A stretch of DNA of 64,000 nucleotides from an uncultured delta proteobacterium (GCA_963816145.1 CAWFJP010000005.1:224001-288000); one strand, 5' to 3'. Positions 18,308 to 28,277 are shown, counted from the stretch's first letter. The notes: generated by a model from the letters alone, not told the origin. A program made the numbers and translations.

Positions 18308-18475
18308 TCTGGCGCATGCCAGGGAGAAGAATCAGTCGCTTGATTTCATTGAGAAATCTCGCTGAGTCGAGTGCGACCGGCGGCGCTGAGTAAGGCGCCC
18401 GAGTAGCAATCTTGCTACACCGAGTAGTCGTTTTGCGACACCTGGGCGGGGCATTGTCGACGTTAAATCCGGATG

Positions 18476-18617
18476 TCTCCCGCAAAGGCGCAAAGGCGCT
18501 AAGTGACGGGCGGAGCCCGTCATCAGAAGCCGGGACGAGGGGATCTGAAAAAGATTTCTCCCATCGGTCGAAATGACATTTTAACTTCCCTTTGCGTCTT
18601 TGCGCCGTTGCGGGAGA
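18476..18617. repeat. Composite inverted repeat: CGCAAAGG 8-nt arms enclosing a GTCAT...ATGAC REP-like unit
   Basis: TCTCCCGCAAAGGCGCAAAGGCGCTAAG ... CTTTGCGTCTTTGCGCCGTTGCGGGAGA; internal AGATTTCTCCCATCGGTCGAAATGACA. Confidence 0.8.
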
Positions 18618-18654
18618 AAATTCCGAATCCGAGAATCTTCGACTGCCGCCAATG

Positions 18655-18864
18655 CTAGAGGACTTGGAAGCCGGCTTTCAGCACGGCGCGCAAGAAGTCG
18701 TCGATATGAGCAAGGGCAGGGTCGAATTCGAGCACAGCGACGCTGCGCTCCAAGCTAAAGTCGATCTTGCTGACGCCCGGGACGGCTTGGAACGCTGTGC
18801 GCAGGGTCGGGAGATTTTCGGCGGTGAGATTGCCGATGGAGAGGATCGCGGTTTTTGTGCTCAT
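18655..18864 (-). CDS. Heavy-metal-associated (HMA/CopZ-fold) small protein lacking CxxC
   Basis: 69 aa, 'VPGVSKIDFSLE...AVLEFDP...AVLKAGF' is a typical HMA pattern; contains no Cys. Confidence 0.55.
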   Translation of the reverse strand: MSTKTAILSIGNLTAENLPTLRTAFQAVPGVSKIDFSLERSVAVLEFDPALAHIDDFLRAVLKAGFQVL

Positions 18865-19091
18865 CGGAGTTTTCTTGTCGAAACTTTGACAAATCTGACA
18901 TGATTGCGCAATCACGCTGCTGCGTTTGGTGCGGCAAAATCGCTGTGAAATTTTCCGCTGCGGCAAAAATTTCTTGACGGATTGAATGAGGGTATGTGAA
19001 ACTATTTCCATCCAAACAATCTAACGTGCTTGTCATGCGCCGGGCTACTATTCGCCAGCCCCGGTGCAGATCTTCAGCTCAGGAGTAGATC

Positions 19092-19523
19092 ATGCCTTAC
19101 GATGTGGCCAAGCTGCTGACGCTTTCACAAGCCGAACTCGATAAGTTGTTCACCAACAGTCCGGTCGGGAACATTCCCAACGGTGAAGCCGAAGGCACTG
19201 CCATCGTCGCACCGGGCACGACCTATAGCGCCAACATTGCGAGCTTCATCAGTCACTTTGCCTGGCAGGGAAAAGTCTTCGACAACAATAAGGGCGTATT
19301 GAAGAATAAAATCCTGCCGTTCGGCCTCAACGCGATTCTCGCCAGGGTCTACAAAGGACCGAGTTGGCTCGACGGCAAAGAGTGCATCGTGCTCGACTAT
19401 TCGGATACGTCGATCGTCGCCCAGTGGATTCGCGACGAGATCCGCGAAATCGAACCGGGTCTTTATTTGGGGAAAGTCTACTGGAACAAGAGCCGGCTCA
19501 TCGATTTTGCGCTGAAATTTTAG
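19092..19523 (+). CDS. Conserved hypothetical protein, first gene of the di-heme cytochrome cluster
   Basis: AGGAG RBS; 143 aa; 'WQGKVF', 'PSWLDGKECIVLDYS', 'IRDEIREIEPGLYLG'. Confidence 0.75.
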   Translation: MPYDVAKLLTLSQAELDKLFTNSPVGNIPNGEAEGTAIVAPGTTYSANIASFISHFAWQGKVFDNNKGVLKNKILPFGLNAILARVYKGPSWLDGKECIVLDYSDTSIVAQWIRDEIREIEPGLYLGKVYWNKSRLIDFALKF

Positions 19524-19645
19524 GTGCAGCGCGACAACCTGCCGGTTGCCGAACAGATGCAGTCGCTTTGCAGCAAGGCTGTGCCGCTGAAGCGAGTCAT
19601 CATTGGGGTGTGGTTGTGGATGGATACATTGGAGGCTGACGGCTC

Positions 19646-21166
19646 ATGGACAATAACCACTTGATGCCGGCGTCCCAACGGTTTTTTTACCGCCTCGGAA
19701 TCTTCGCTGTTATCTTATTCATTGCGGCGCTACTTACCGGCGCGCTTTTTCTCGGTCGTTTCGGCGCCGATACGCCGGTGGCGTACCGCGACGATGTCGA
19801 GCACTTCAAGTATGGCTCCCTTGGCAGTGAGCATGAGTTCGGCATCCCCTACTGGATCTGGCGCGCCCTGCCCGAGTTGTTTAACGACAAATTGCCGGGA
19901 AATAAGAATGGCTGGCGGTCGGTCGGCTTTGTCTTCGAAAAAGGTAAAACCCTGCCGGTTGGCATGTCGCAGCGCCGTTACCTCGGCTTCGACGTCGTTT
20001 GGCTCAATTGCGCTTTCTGTCACGCCGGCACGGTGCGCGAGACGCCGCAAAGCGAGCCGACAGTCTATGCCGCCATGCCGGCCAATACTTTCGACTTTCG
20101 CGGCTTCACGCGATTTCTTTTCGCCATCGGCGAAGATCGGCGCTTCACGCCGCAAGATATTTTGCGCCAGATCGACGTTATTCGAAAGCGCGAAGGGCTG
20201 GAACGGTTGCCGCTGGTCGACCGCCTGGTGCTGCGTTTTTACGGCATTTATTACATGCGCGAGCGGCTGTTGGCGCTGCGCGATCGCCTGGATTTCATCA
20301 AGCAACAGCCGGAATGGGGGCCGGGCCGGGTCGACACATTCAATCCGCTAAAAGCGTACTTTAACTTTCCGCCCGAGAAGCTTTCGCCGCGGGAAGTCAT
20401 CGGCACCACCGATTTCCCGTCGATCTGGAACCAAGGCCAGCGGGAAAACCTGAAAATGAATCTGCACTGGGACGGCAACAACGTCTCTCTTGAAGAGCGC
20501 AATCGCAGCGCGGCGATGGGCACCGGCATCACGCCGCCGACCGGCGATCGGCAGAGCTTGAAAAGGGTGGCTGATTGGTTGCGCAATCTCGCCGCGCCGC
20601 CCTATCCGTTCAAGATCGACAAAGAGCTCGCCGGGCAGGGCGCGCCGGTTTACAAAAACTACTGCGCCGGTTGCCACGGCGCCAGTGGCAAGGATTTCCG
20701 CGGCGAATATGCCGGGAAGGTCGTGCCGATCGGCGAGATCGGTACCGACGAGCACCGGCTCGACTCGTATACCTATGATGTCGCGGTCAATCAGAACATG
20801 ATTTTCGCCGGTTACGAGAACGAGCGATTTCGCCACTTTCGCAAAACCTTCGGCTATGCCAACAGCCCTCTCGACGGGCTGTGGCTGCGCGCGCCGTATT
20901 TGCACAATGGTTCGCTGCCGACGTTGCGCGACCTGCTCGAACCCAGCGACAAGCGGCCCAAGAGTTTTTATCGCGGATATGACGTCTACGATCAGAAGAA
21001 AGTCGGCTTTGTCGCCGATGTCGCCGAAGAGCGGGGCCGCCCCTATTTTCTTTACAAGACTGACGAGCCGGGTAATTCGAACAAAGGTCATGAGGGCAAG
21101 TCGTATGGCACCGAACTTTCGCCGGCGGAAAAAGACGCTTTGGTGGAGTATCTCAAGACCTTCTAG
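19646..21166 (+). CDS. Di-heme cytochrome c, RoxA/MauG-like
   Basis: N-terminal TM helix; CAFCH and CAGCH; LDGLWLRAPYLHNGS; C-terminal SNKGH and LVEYLKTF. Confidence 0.85.
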   Translation: MDNNHLMPASQRFFYRLGIFAVILFIAALLTGALFLGRFGADTPVAYRDDVEHFKYGSLGSEHEFGIPYWIWRALPELFNDKLPGNKNGWRSVGFVFEKGKTLPVGMSQRRYLGFDVVWLNCAFCHAGTVRETPQSEPTVYAAMPANTFDFRGFTRFLFAIGEDRRFTPQDILRQIDVIRKREGLERLPLVDRLVLRFYGIYYMRERLLALRDRLDFIKQQPEWGPGRVDTFNPLKAYFNFPPEKLSPREVIGTTDFPSIWNQGQRENLKMNLHWDGNNVSLEERNRSAAMGTGITPPTGDRQSLKRVADWLRNLAAPPYPFKIDKELAGQGAPVYKNYCAGCHGASGKDFRGEYAGKVVPIGEIGTDEHRLDSYTYDVAVNQNMIFAGYENERFRHFRKTFGYANSPLDGLWLRAPYLHNGSLPTLRDLLEPSDKRPKSFYRGYDVYDQKKVGFVADVAEERGRPYFLYKTDEPGNSNKGHEGKSYGTELSPAEKDALVEYLKTF

Positions 21167-21206
21167 CGGCTTGTCCTATGGCGTGCCCGCGAAGTAGGGA
21201 GAAACT

Positions 21207-22670
21207 ATGGCTGATGCAGCGAAGATAAAGTCGTCTTGGAAGATCTGCGCGGCGGTGCTTGTCGTGCTGGCGGGTCTTGGCGCGGCGATTGGCTGGTACA
21301 AGTTTTTCCGCGAAGAGCCGCAGCCCGACTGGGTGACGGCGACTCCCGACATGCGTTTCAAGTATGGTTCCATCGGCGCGGAGAATGACGCCGGCATCCC
21401 GTATTGGATTTTCTTCGTGCTGCCGCGCATGTTTCCCGAAAAACTGCCGGGGCCGGGCGGTTACGCTTCTTTGGGAGTGGCATGGGAGCAGGGGCAAGAG
21501 TTGCCGATCGGCTTCACCAAGAAGGTCATCGGCTTCCCGCGAGTGGCCAACAACTGTGCCTCTTGCCACACCGCGAGTTATCGCAAGAGCGCCAATGAGA
21601 ATCCGATTTTTGTGCCCACCGGACCGAACCACACGCTGAATCTGCAGGCGTTCTTTCGCTTCGTCGTCGATTGCGCCAAAGACCCGCGCTTCAACGCCAA
21701 GGAGATCATGCGCGAAATCGCACTGGTCTACGATTTGCCGTTCCTGGATCGCCTGATGTACCGCTACATTCTCATTCCGATCACCAAGAAACGCTTGCTC
21801 GAACGGGAAGCGCAGTTCCAGTGGGTCTATCATAAGGATTTTCCCCAGTGGGGCCGGGGTCGCGACGACGCGATGAACCTGACCAAATATTTCCTGCTTA
21901 AAGCGCCGATGGACAACAGCATTGGCCCGACCGACATGCCGTCGGTGTGGAATCTCAAAAAATATCAGCCGGAAAAGGGCATGCTGATGAATCTGGCCGG
22001 CGACAGCCACGACGCGCGCTCGGTGATCATCGATTCCGCACTCGGTCTGCTCAGTGCCGCGCCGAAAAACCGTGACGAGTTTCTTAAGCAAGTGGATTGG
22101 TTGGTCAGCTATCTAAGTGAAATACAGGCACCGAAATATCCCTTTCCGATCAAGCAAGAACTGGTCGACGCCGGCAAGGCGGTCTTCGATCAGAACTGTG
22201 CAGCCTGCCACCGCAGCGAGCGCACCGGGAAGCGGGTGCCGGTGGAAGAAGTCGGCACCGACAAGGAACGGCTAGCCACCTGGAGCAAGCAGGCGGCGAT
22301 CGATTCGAACAAAATGGTGAAGAGTTTTGGCATCGAGAGAAAAGGTCTCGTCGAGGCCGAGCCGAGTGGTTACATTGCAGCTTTTCTCGACGGCATTTGG
22401 CTCCGTGCGCCTTATCTGCACAATGGTTCGGTGCCGACCCTGCGCGATATGCTCAAGCCGGCGGTCGAACGGCCCAAAGTTTTCTATCGCGGCTACAATG
22501 TTTACGATCCGGTAGATGTCGGTTTTGTCACCCAGGGAGCCGAAGCACAAAGGGTTGGGACTAAATACGATGTCAACGAGCGGGCCAGCAGTAATCAGGG
22601 TCATGAATATGGCACAGTCCTTTCGGTTAAGGACAAGGACGCTTTGATCGAATATTTGAAGACGCTGTGA
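21207..22670 (+). CDS. Di-heme cytochrome c, RoxA/MauG-like (paralog 2)
   Basis: N-terminal TM helix; CASCH and CAACH; LDGIWLRAPYLHNGSVP; SNQGHEYG; LIEYLKTL. Confidence 0.85.
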   Translation: MADAAKIKSSWKICAAVLVVLAGLGAAIGWYKFFREEPQPDWVTATPDMRFKYGSIGAENDAGIPYWIFFVLPRMFPEKLPGPGGYASLGVAWEQGQELPIGFTKKVIGFPRVANNCASCHTASYRKSANENPIFVPTGPNHTLNLQAFFRFVVDCAKDPRFNAKEIMREIALVYDLPFLDRLMYRYILIPITKKRLLEREAQFQWVYHKDFPQWGRGRDDAMNLTKYFLLKAPMDNSIGPTDMPSVWNLKKYQPEKGMLMNLAGDSHDARSVIIDSALGLLSAAPKNRDEFLKQVDWLVSYLSEIQAPKYPFPIKQELVDAGKAVFDQNCAACHRSERTGKRVPVEEVGTDKERLATWSKQAAIDSNKMVKSFGIERKGLVEAEPSGYIAAFLDGIWLRAPYLHNGSVPTLRDMLKPAVERPKVFYRGYNVYDPVDVGFVTQGAEAQRVGTKYDVNERASSNQGHEYGTVLSVKDKDALIEYLKTL

Positions 22671-22764
22671 CGCCGCGTGGCCGCAAAACCGCGCAGCGCT
22701 CGATCCCCGGTGATTAAAAACCGGTTGCGGTGGACCATCGAGATTTGACGAAGGAGCTCGGAGA

Positions 22765-25158
22765 ATGAAGTTACGATCGCCGGCCACTTTGATTATTTTA
22801 CTGGCCATTTTGGCTTTCACTGCGTGCAGCAAGAAAAAACCGGAGCCCGGTACGGTGAAGGACGAAGCGTTGTTGGCGGGACGCGATGCGAAAAGCTTTG
22901 CCGCCGCCGACGAAGATTATTTCAAACAGATGGATGGCGGTATCGACCTGACCGCCGATGAAGTCAAGGGCCGCAACAACTGGCTGGTCTGGAGCGGCGG
23001 CAATGACCGTTTCTGGGATCATCTGGTCAACAAAAGTTTCGGCGTGGTCGATCTACTGAAAATTATTTCCTCGCACCCCAAGTTGCCGCATCTGACGCGC
23101 GACAAGCGCTGGGAATATCTCGGTGTGATCAACGAGCCCTGCTTCGAAAAGGCCAAGGGACCGAACCCCGATCGTTTCGGCCTGTGGCTCGACGTTCGCA
23201 CTAAGGATTGCCCGGCGGACCCATTCGAAAACGAGCAAAAATATCCCGGTGTAAAAATCGGCGCGCGCGGCAAAGACATGCCGGTGGGTTCTTATTACGG
23301 GTACGCGACCGGGATTCTGGGCTTGCGTCTGTTTCCCAACCCGGATTTCGACGAAGCGGCGGCGAAGAAATGGGATCCGGAAAGATTTTACACCGACCCG
23401 AAATACTACAACGACAAGAATTTAGTGCGTCCGTACCGCGTCGGCATGTCGTGCGGCTTTTGCCATGTGGGCCCGAGCCCGGTCAAACCGCCGGAAGATC
23501 CGGAGAATCCCAAGTGGGAGAATATCAATTCCAATCCCGGCTCGCAGTATTTCTGGGTCGACCGGGTGCTGTTCTGGGAAAAAGACTCGAAGAATTTCAT
23601 TTATCAGTTGATTCACACCTCACTGCCGGGGACCCTCGATACGTCGTTTATCTCCTCCGATTACATCAACAACCCGCGCACCATGAACGCAGTCTATAAC
23701 GTCGGCGCGCGGTTGAAAATTGCCGAGCGTTGGGGAGAGGAGAAACTGGCCGGCGGCGGCCTCGATAACAAACAGTTCCAGCAATTCCAGCGCACTGCCG
23801 TGCTGCCGCAGTATTACAAAGAGCCGGACAAAGTCTGGACTACTCATGTGTTGAAAGACGGCGCCGATTCCGTCGGCATACTCGGAGCGTTGAACCGCGT
23901 CTATATTAATATCGGACTGTTCAGCGAGGAGTGGCTGCTCCATTTCAACGCGCTGGTGGGCGGTCAAAAGGTGTCGCCGATCAAAATCGCCGACGCCAAC
24001 AAGAACTCTAGTTACTGGAACGCCACTCAGGCGCAAACGCCGGATGTCGCGCTGTTCTTTCTCAAAACCGCCAGGCCGGACTTGCTGAAGGACGCGCCGG
24101 GCGGAGAACAGTATTTATCCAAGGATAAAGCGACACTTAATCGAGGCAAGGTCGTCTTCGCCGAGAACTGCGCGCGCTGCCATTCTAGCAAAATTCCCGA
24201 AGCGCCCGCGGGCGTCAACGATAAAATTTGGGATCAATACTGGGCCTGGACCAAGACTGACGATTTCAAAAAAAAGATGACCGAGATTGTATTGGCCGAC
24301 GATTTTCTCACCGACAACTATCTCTCCACCGAGCGGCGCATTCCGGTGACGCTGTTGCAGACCAACGCCTGCAGCCCGCTGGCGACTAATGCGCTCGGCG
24401 GCAATATCTGGGACAACTTCTCCTCGCAGAGTTATAAAGATCTGCCGTCGGTGGGCAAGATGACCGTGCACAATCCCATCGACGGCAGTCCCTGGCAGTA
24501 CGATATGCCGGCGGGCGGGCGCGGCTATACGCGGGTGCCGTCATTGATCAGCTTGTGGTCGACGGCGCCGTTTCTGCTGAACAATTCGGTGGGCAAGTTT
24601 AACCCCAGTCCATCGGTCGAAGGGCGCATGGATTCGTTCAACGATTCCATCGAAAAAATGCTCTGGCCCGAAAAGCGCGACAAGGATCCGATTCTCGGCG
24701 ACAAAGTGCCGGGCTTTATTTATCGCACCACGGAGACGAGCTACATCAAGATCGCGCCGGGATTTGTCTCGCCGCTATTAGAGAAAATGCTCAGCTGGGG
24801 CGGCTGGCTTAATCGTTGGTTCCCCTGGCTTTTCAGTGAAGAGGGCATCGAGATCGGTCCGATCCCGAAAGGGACACCGGTGAGTCTATTGACCAACATC
24901 GATCTCGATAGCAGCAAGCTCGACATCGCCAAGTTGCTGCTGAAGATCAAGGCCGATCTGAAAGCGGTCGAGGGCAAGAGTGAACAAGAAGCTGCGGAAG
25001 TATTCAAGGGATTGGCGCCGGACTTGTTGAAAGTCAGCAAGTGCCCCGACTTCGTGGTCAATAAGGGCCACTATTTTGGCACGGCGATGTCGAAAGAAGG
25101 GTCGGCGTTGAGCAACGACGACAAGCGCGCGCTAATCGAATTCTTGAAAACCTTTTAA
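22765..25158 (+). CDS. Large di-heme cytochrome c lipoprotein (divergent paralog 3)
   Basis: Lipobox LAFTA|C; CGFCH and CARCH; LISLWSTAPFLLNNS; NKGHYFG; LIEFLKTF. Confidence 0.8.
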   Translation: MKLRSPATLIILLAILAFTACSKKKPEPGTVKDEALLAGRDAKSFAAADEDYFKQMDGGIDLTADEVKGRNNWLVWSGGNDRFWDHLVNKSFGVVDLLKIISSHPKLPHLTRDKRWEYLGVINEPCFEKAKGPNPDRFGLWLDVRTKDCPADPFENEQKYPGVKIGARGKDMPVGSYYGYATGILGLRLFPNPDFDEAAAKKWDPERFYTDPKYYNDKNLVRPYRVGMSCGFCHVGPSPVKPPEDPENPKWENINSNPGSQYFWVDRVLFWEKDSKNFIYQLIHTSLPGTLDTSFISSDYINNPRTMNAVYNVGARLKIAERWGEEKLAGGGLDNKQFQQFQRTAVLPQYYKEPDKVWTTHVLKDGADSVGILGALNRVYINIGLFSEEWLLHFNALVGGQKVSPIKIADANKNSSYWNATQAQTPDVALFFLKTARPDLLKDAPGGEQYLSKDKATLNRGKVVFAENCARCHSSKIPEAPAGVNDKIWDQYWAWTKTDDFKKKMTEIVLADDFLTDNYLSTERRIPVTLLQTNACSPLATNALGGNIWDNFSSQSYKDLPSVGKMTVHNPIDGSPWQYDMPAGGRGYTRVPSLISLWSTAPFLLNNSVGKFNPSPSVEGRMDSFNDSIEKMLWPEKRDKDPILGDKVPGFIYRTTETSYIKIAPGFVSPLLEKMLSWGGWLNRWFPWLFSEEGIEIGPIPKGTPVSLLTNIDLDSSKLDIAKLLLKIKADLKAVEGKSEQEAAEVFKGLAPDLLKVSKCPDFVVNKGHYFGTAMSKEGSALSNDDKRALIEFLKTF

Positions 25159-25184
25159 CCGCTCTCTCGCGCACCTCCGTTCCC

Positions 25185-27038
25185 ATGTCCGAAGCCGCTG
25201 CCCCGCAACCCCAGTACGAATATATCGTCGTGGGTTCGGGAGCGGGCGGCGGCACGGTGGCGGCGCGCTTGGCCGAAGCGGGCCGCTCCGTGCTGCTGCT
25301 CGAAGCCGGCGGCGATCCTTGCGAGCTCACCGATTCGCGCTTGCCCGAAGACTACCAGGTTCCCGCGTTTCACGCTTTCGCCTCGGAGAATCCGGCGATA
25401 CGCTGGGATTTCTTCGTGCGTCATTACGCCGATGAGCAGCGCCAACAGAAAGATCGCAAGTACAGCCCTGACCGGGGCGGCGTTCTCTACCCGCGCGCCG
25501 GTACGCTCGGCGGTTGTACGGCGCACAACGCCATGATCTTCGTCTATCCGCAAAACCAGGACTGGGACGACATCGCGTCATTGACCGGCGACTCGTCGTG
25601 GCGGGCGGGCAACATGCGCCGCTACTTCGAGGTGCTTGAAGACTGCCGGCATCGGCCGTTGAAACGTTGGATCGCCCGTTGGACCGGCTTCAATCCAGCG
25701 CGTCATGGGTTCTCCGGTTGGCTCACCACCGAAGTACCGATGCCGATGGAATCTTTGGGCAACCGCCGCCTGCGCCAGGTATTGGAAGAACTGGTGATGG
25801 ATGCCTCGTTGCAGATCGGCGATCGATTGAAAAGATTGCGCAGCTTTTTCAAAACCCGTGGCGATCCTAACGATTGGCGCCAGGTTACGGCCCATCGGTC
25901 AGGGCTGCGTCTTGTGCCGCTGACGACCCGCGACCATATGCGGATCGGCAGCCGTGAGCGGGTATTGAGTGTGGCGAAAAAATTTCCCGATCGTCTCCAC
26001 GTCGAGTGTCACGCGCTGGCGACCCGGGTGCTGCTTGACGGTGACCTGCGGGCAACCGGGGTTGAATATCTCAAGGGCGAGCGGCTCTACCGGGCCCACG
26101 CCAATATCAGCGAAGCCGCAGGTGAAATCCACCAGGCGCGAGCAGGTCGTGAAGTGATTCTTTGCGGCGGCGCGTTTAACACGCCGCAATTGCTGATGCT
26201 TTCCGGCATCGGTCCGCGCGAGGAACTGGTTCGCCATCGCATCCCAACTCGCGTCGACCTCGCTGGCGTCGGCAAAAATCTCCAGGACCGTTACGAGGTC
26301 AGTGTCGTCAATCGCATGAAAGAGGACTGGCCGATGTTGACCGGCGCCAAATTCGCCAAAGGCGATGCCCAGTTTCAACAATGGCTAACGCGTAAGGAAG
26401 GCGTTTACACGACCAACGGCGACGTTCTGGCGCTGGTCAAGCAGTCGAAGCAGGACCGAATTCCCGACCTATTCTGCGCCGGACTGGTGGGCAATTTTCG
26501 CGGCTACTTCCCCGGCTACTCAAAATTGCTCGCCGAGCGGCAGAACTACTTGAGCTGGATTGTTCTTAAGGCGCGCACGCGCAATCTTGCCGGCACGGTG
26601 ACTTTGCAATCTGCCGATCCGCGCCAGCCGCCAAAGATCGATTTCCACTATTTCGACGAAGGCAGTGATGGCGAAGGCAAGGATTTGGCCGCCGTCGTCG
26701 AGGGGGTGCAATTTGTCCGAGCGATGACTCGGGATCTAAAGGAGCAAGGCTTGATTGCAGCCGAGGAGTTGCCCGGCGAGCAATATCAAACCGACGATCA
26801 GTTGCGAGAATTCGTGCGCGACAATGCCTGGGGCCATCATGCCTCGTGCAGCTGCGCCATCGGTCCGAGAGAAAAGGACGGCGTCCTGACCAGCGATTTC
26901 CTTGTGCATGGCACTCGGGGATTGCGCGTTGTCGACGCTTCGGTGTTTCCGCGCATTCCCGGGTTTTTTATCGTTAGTGCAATTTACATGATCGGCGAGA
27001 AGGCAGCGGAGGTGATCCTCGCCGGCGATAGGAATTGA
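25185..27038 (+). CDS. GMC family FAD oxidoreductase (choline dehydrogenase-like)
   Basis: VVGSGAGG, LLLEAG, TLGGCTAHNAM, GGAFNTPQLLMLSGIG, VGKNLQD, HHASCSC, LRVVDASVFP. Confidence 0.9.
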   Translation: MSEAAAPQPQYEYIVVGSGAGGGTVAARLAEAGRSVLLLEAGGDPCELTDSRLPEDYQVPAFHAFASENPAIRWDFFVRHYADEQRQQKDRKYSPDRGGVLYPRAGTLGGCTAHNAMIFVYPQNQDWDDIASLTGDSSWRAGNMRRYFEVLEDCRHRPLKRWIARWTGFNPARHGFSGWLTTEVPMPMESLGNRRLRQVLEELVMDASLQIGDRLKRLRSFFKTRGDPNDWRQVTAHRSGLRLVPLTTRDHMRIGSRERVLSVAKKFPDRLHVECHALATRVLLDGDLRATGVEYLKGERLYRAHANISEAAGEIHQARAGREVILCGGAFNTPQLLMLSGIGPREELVRHRIPTRVDLAGVGKNLQDRYEVSVVNRMKEDWPMLTGAKFAKGDAQFQQWLTRKEGVYTTNGDVLALVKQSKQDRIPDLFCAGLVGNFRGYFPGYSKLLAERQNYLSWIVLKARTRNLAGTVTLQSADPRQPPKIDFHYFDEGSDGEGKDLAAVVEGVQFVRAMTRDLKEQGLIAAEELPGEQYQTDDQLREFVRDNAWGHHASCSCAIGPREKDGVLTSDFLVHGTRGLRVVDASVFPRIPGFFIVSAIYMIGEKAAEVILAGDRN

Positions 27039-27099
27039 TAGTTTCCCCGGTGTGCGTTTGGATTCGGGTCTGCTTCCGATTGCGCCCGCCAGTCGAAGA

Positions 27100-27125
27100 G
27101 ATTTCTCGCTTTGCTCGAAATGACA
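27100..27125. repeat. REP-like unit
   Basis: GATTTCTCGCTTTGCTCGAAATGACA, exact reverse complement of 57031-57056. Confidence 0.75.
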
Positions 27126-27307
27126 TAGCCGGCGCAGCCGTCGAGCCGAACCCTTCGGCCGCGCTGACGATCGGCTTCGAGATGGAGCTGCCAGCGACCG
27201 CGACCTAACTTGACCGTTAGTTGTGAATTCTGTCTCGAGCCTGTATAGCTCGATTCAGAACTTCTACAGGCAGCGAATCAACGCACCATCGATTTCACTT
27301 CACCGTC

Positions 27308-28186
27308 ATGACTTCCATCCCCGCTGAGTTTTACGCCCTCGCTAATGCGTTCTTGTTTGCGGTGCACAACATCTTTACGAAAAAGGCGTTGCGCCATTCC
27401 AACCCGGCCACCGGCGTGATCAGCAGCTTGATGATCAACATCGTTTTTCTCTGGACCATGTCGATTTTGTTCGTGCCGATGGCTAACGTGACGATGGCTT
27501 CACTGCTGATTTTTGTCGCCGTCGGCTTCTTTCAACCCGGCCTGACGCGCTTGCTCACTTATAAGGGCATCGATGCGCTGGGGGTGGCGATTACCGATCC
27601 GATCCGCGCGAGCACGCCGCTGTTTAGCGCGGCCATGGCGATTGCCTTCCTTGGCGAGGAGATCACCCTGCCGATCGTGCTTGCGACGATCATGATCATC
27701 GCCGGCATCACGCTATTATCGTGGCGCCATGGGGCGATGAAGCTTGCCGGCTCGGCCCTCTTTCTCTGGTATCCCATTGCCGCATCAGTGCTGGCCGGCG
27801 CCTCCCAGGTGGTGCGCAAGTTCGGCATGGCCGCGGTGCCTCATCCGTTTCTCGCTGCGGCGGTGACCGCCAGTTCGTCGTTGGTCGTGTCGGTTGTGGT
27901 GATGTGGTACTTCGAGAAAACTGAAGTGACCTGGAAAATGAACCGCCAATGCTTTTGGTGGTTTCTCGCCGCGGGCATCACCGTCAGCTTCGGTATGACC
28001 TCGATTTACCATGCATTGGATCTCGGCAAAGTCTCGGTGGTGATTCCGCTCAGCAGCACCGCGCCGTTATTTTCGCTGATTCTCACGGCGTTATTCTTGC
28101 GCGACGTCGAACGGGTGACCTTGCGAATCATCATCAGCGCATGCATGATCGTCGGCGGGGTAGTGTTGATCAGTTGGTGGAAGTAG
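27308..28186 (+). CDS. EamA/DMT family transporter
   Basis: 292 aa, ~10 TM segments, two EamA repeats ('FLGEEIT', 'FLRDVERVT'). Confidence 0.85.
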   Translation: MTSIPAEFYALANAFLFAVHNIFTKKALRHSNPATGVISSLMINIVFLWTMSILFVPMANVTMASLLIFVAVGFFQPGLTRLLTYKGIDALGVAITDPIRASTPLFSAAMAIAFLGEEITLPIVLATIMIIAGITLLSWRHGAMKLAGSALFLWYPIAASVLAGASQVVRKFGMAAVPHPFLAAAVTASSSLVVSVVVMWYFEKTEVTWKMNRQCFWWFLAAGITVSFGMTSIYHALDLGKVSVVIPLSSTAPLFSLILTALFLRDVERVTLRIIISACMIVGGVVLISWWK

Positions 28187-28201
28187 GGGTTAGGAAATTG
28201 G

Positions 28202-28277
28202 CCGCAAAGAACGCATAGGACACAAAATACGGATGATCAAAACTCCGACCTTCGTGTCCTTCGTGCCTTCGCGGTGA
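28202..28277. repeat. Degenerate inverted repeat of the CACGAAG/CTTCGTG family
   Basis: CCGCAAAGAACGCATAGGACACAAAA ... CCTTCGTGTCCTTCGTGCCTTCGCGGTGA; right arm nearly identical to 10995-11022. Confidence 0.65.
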
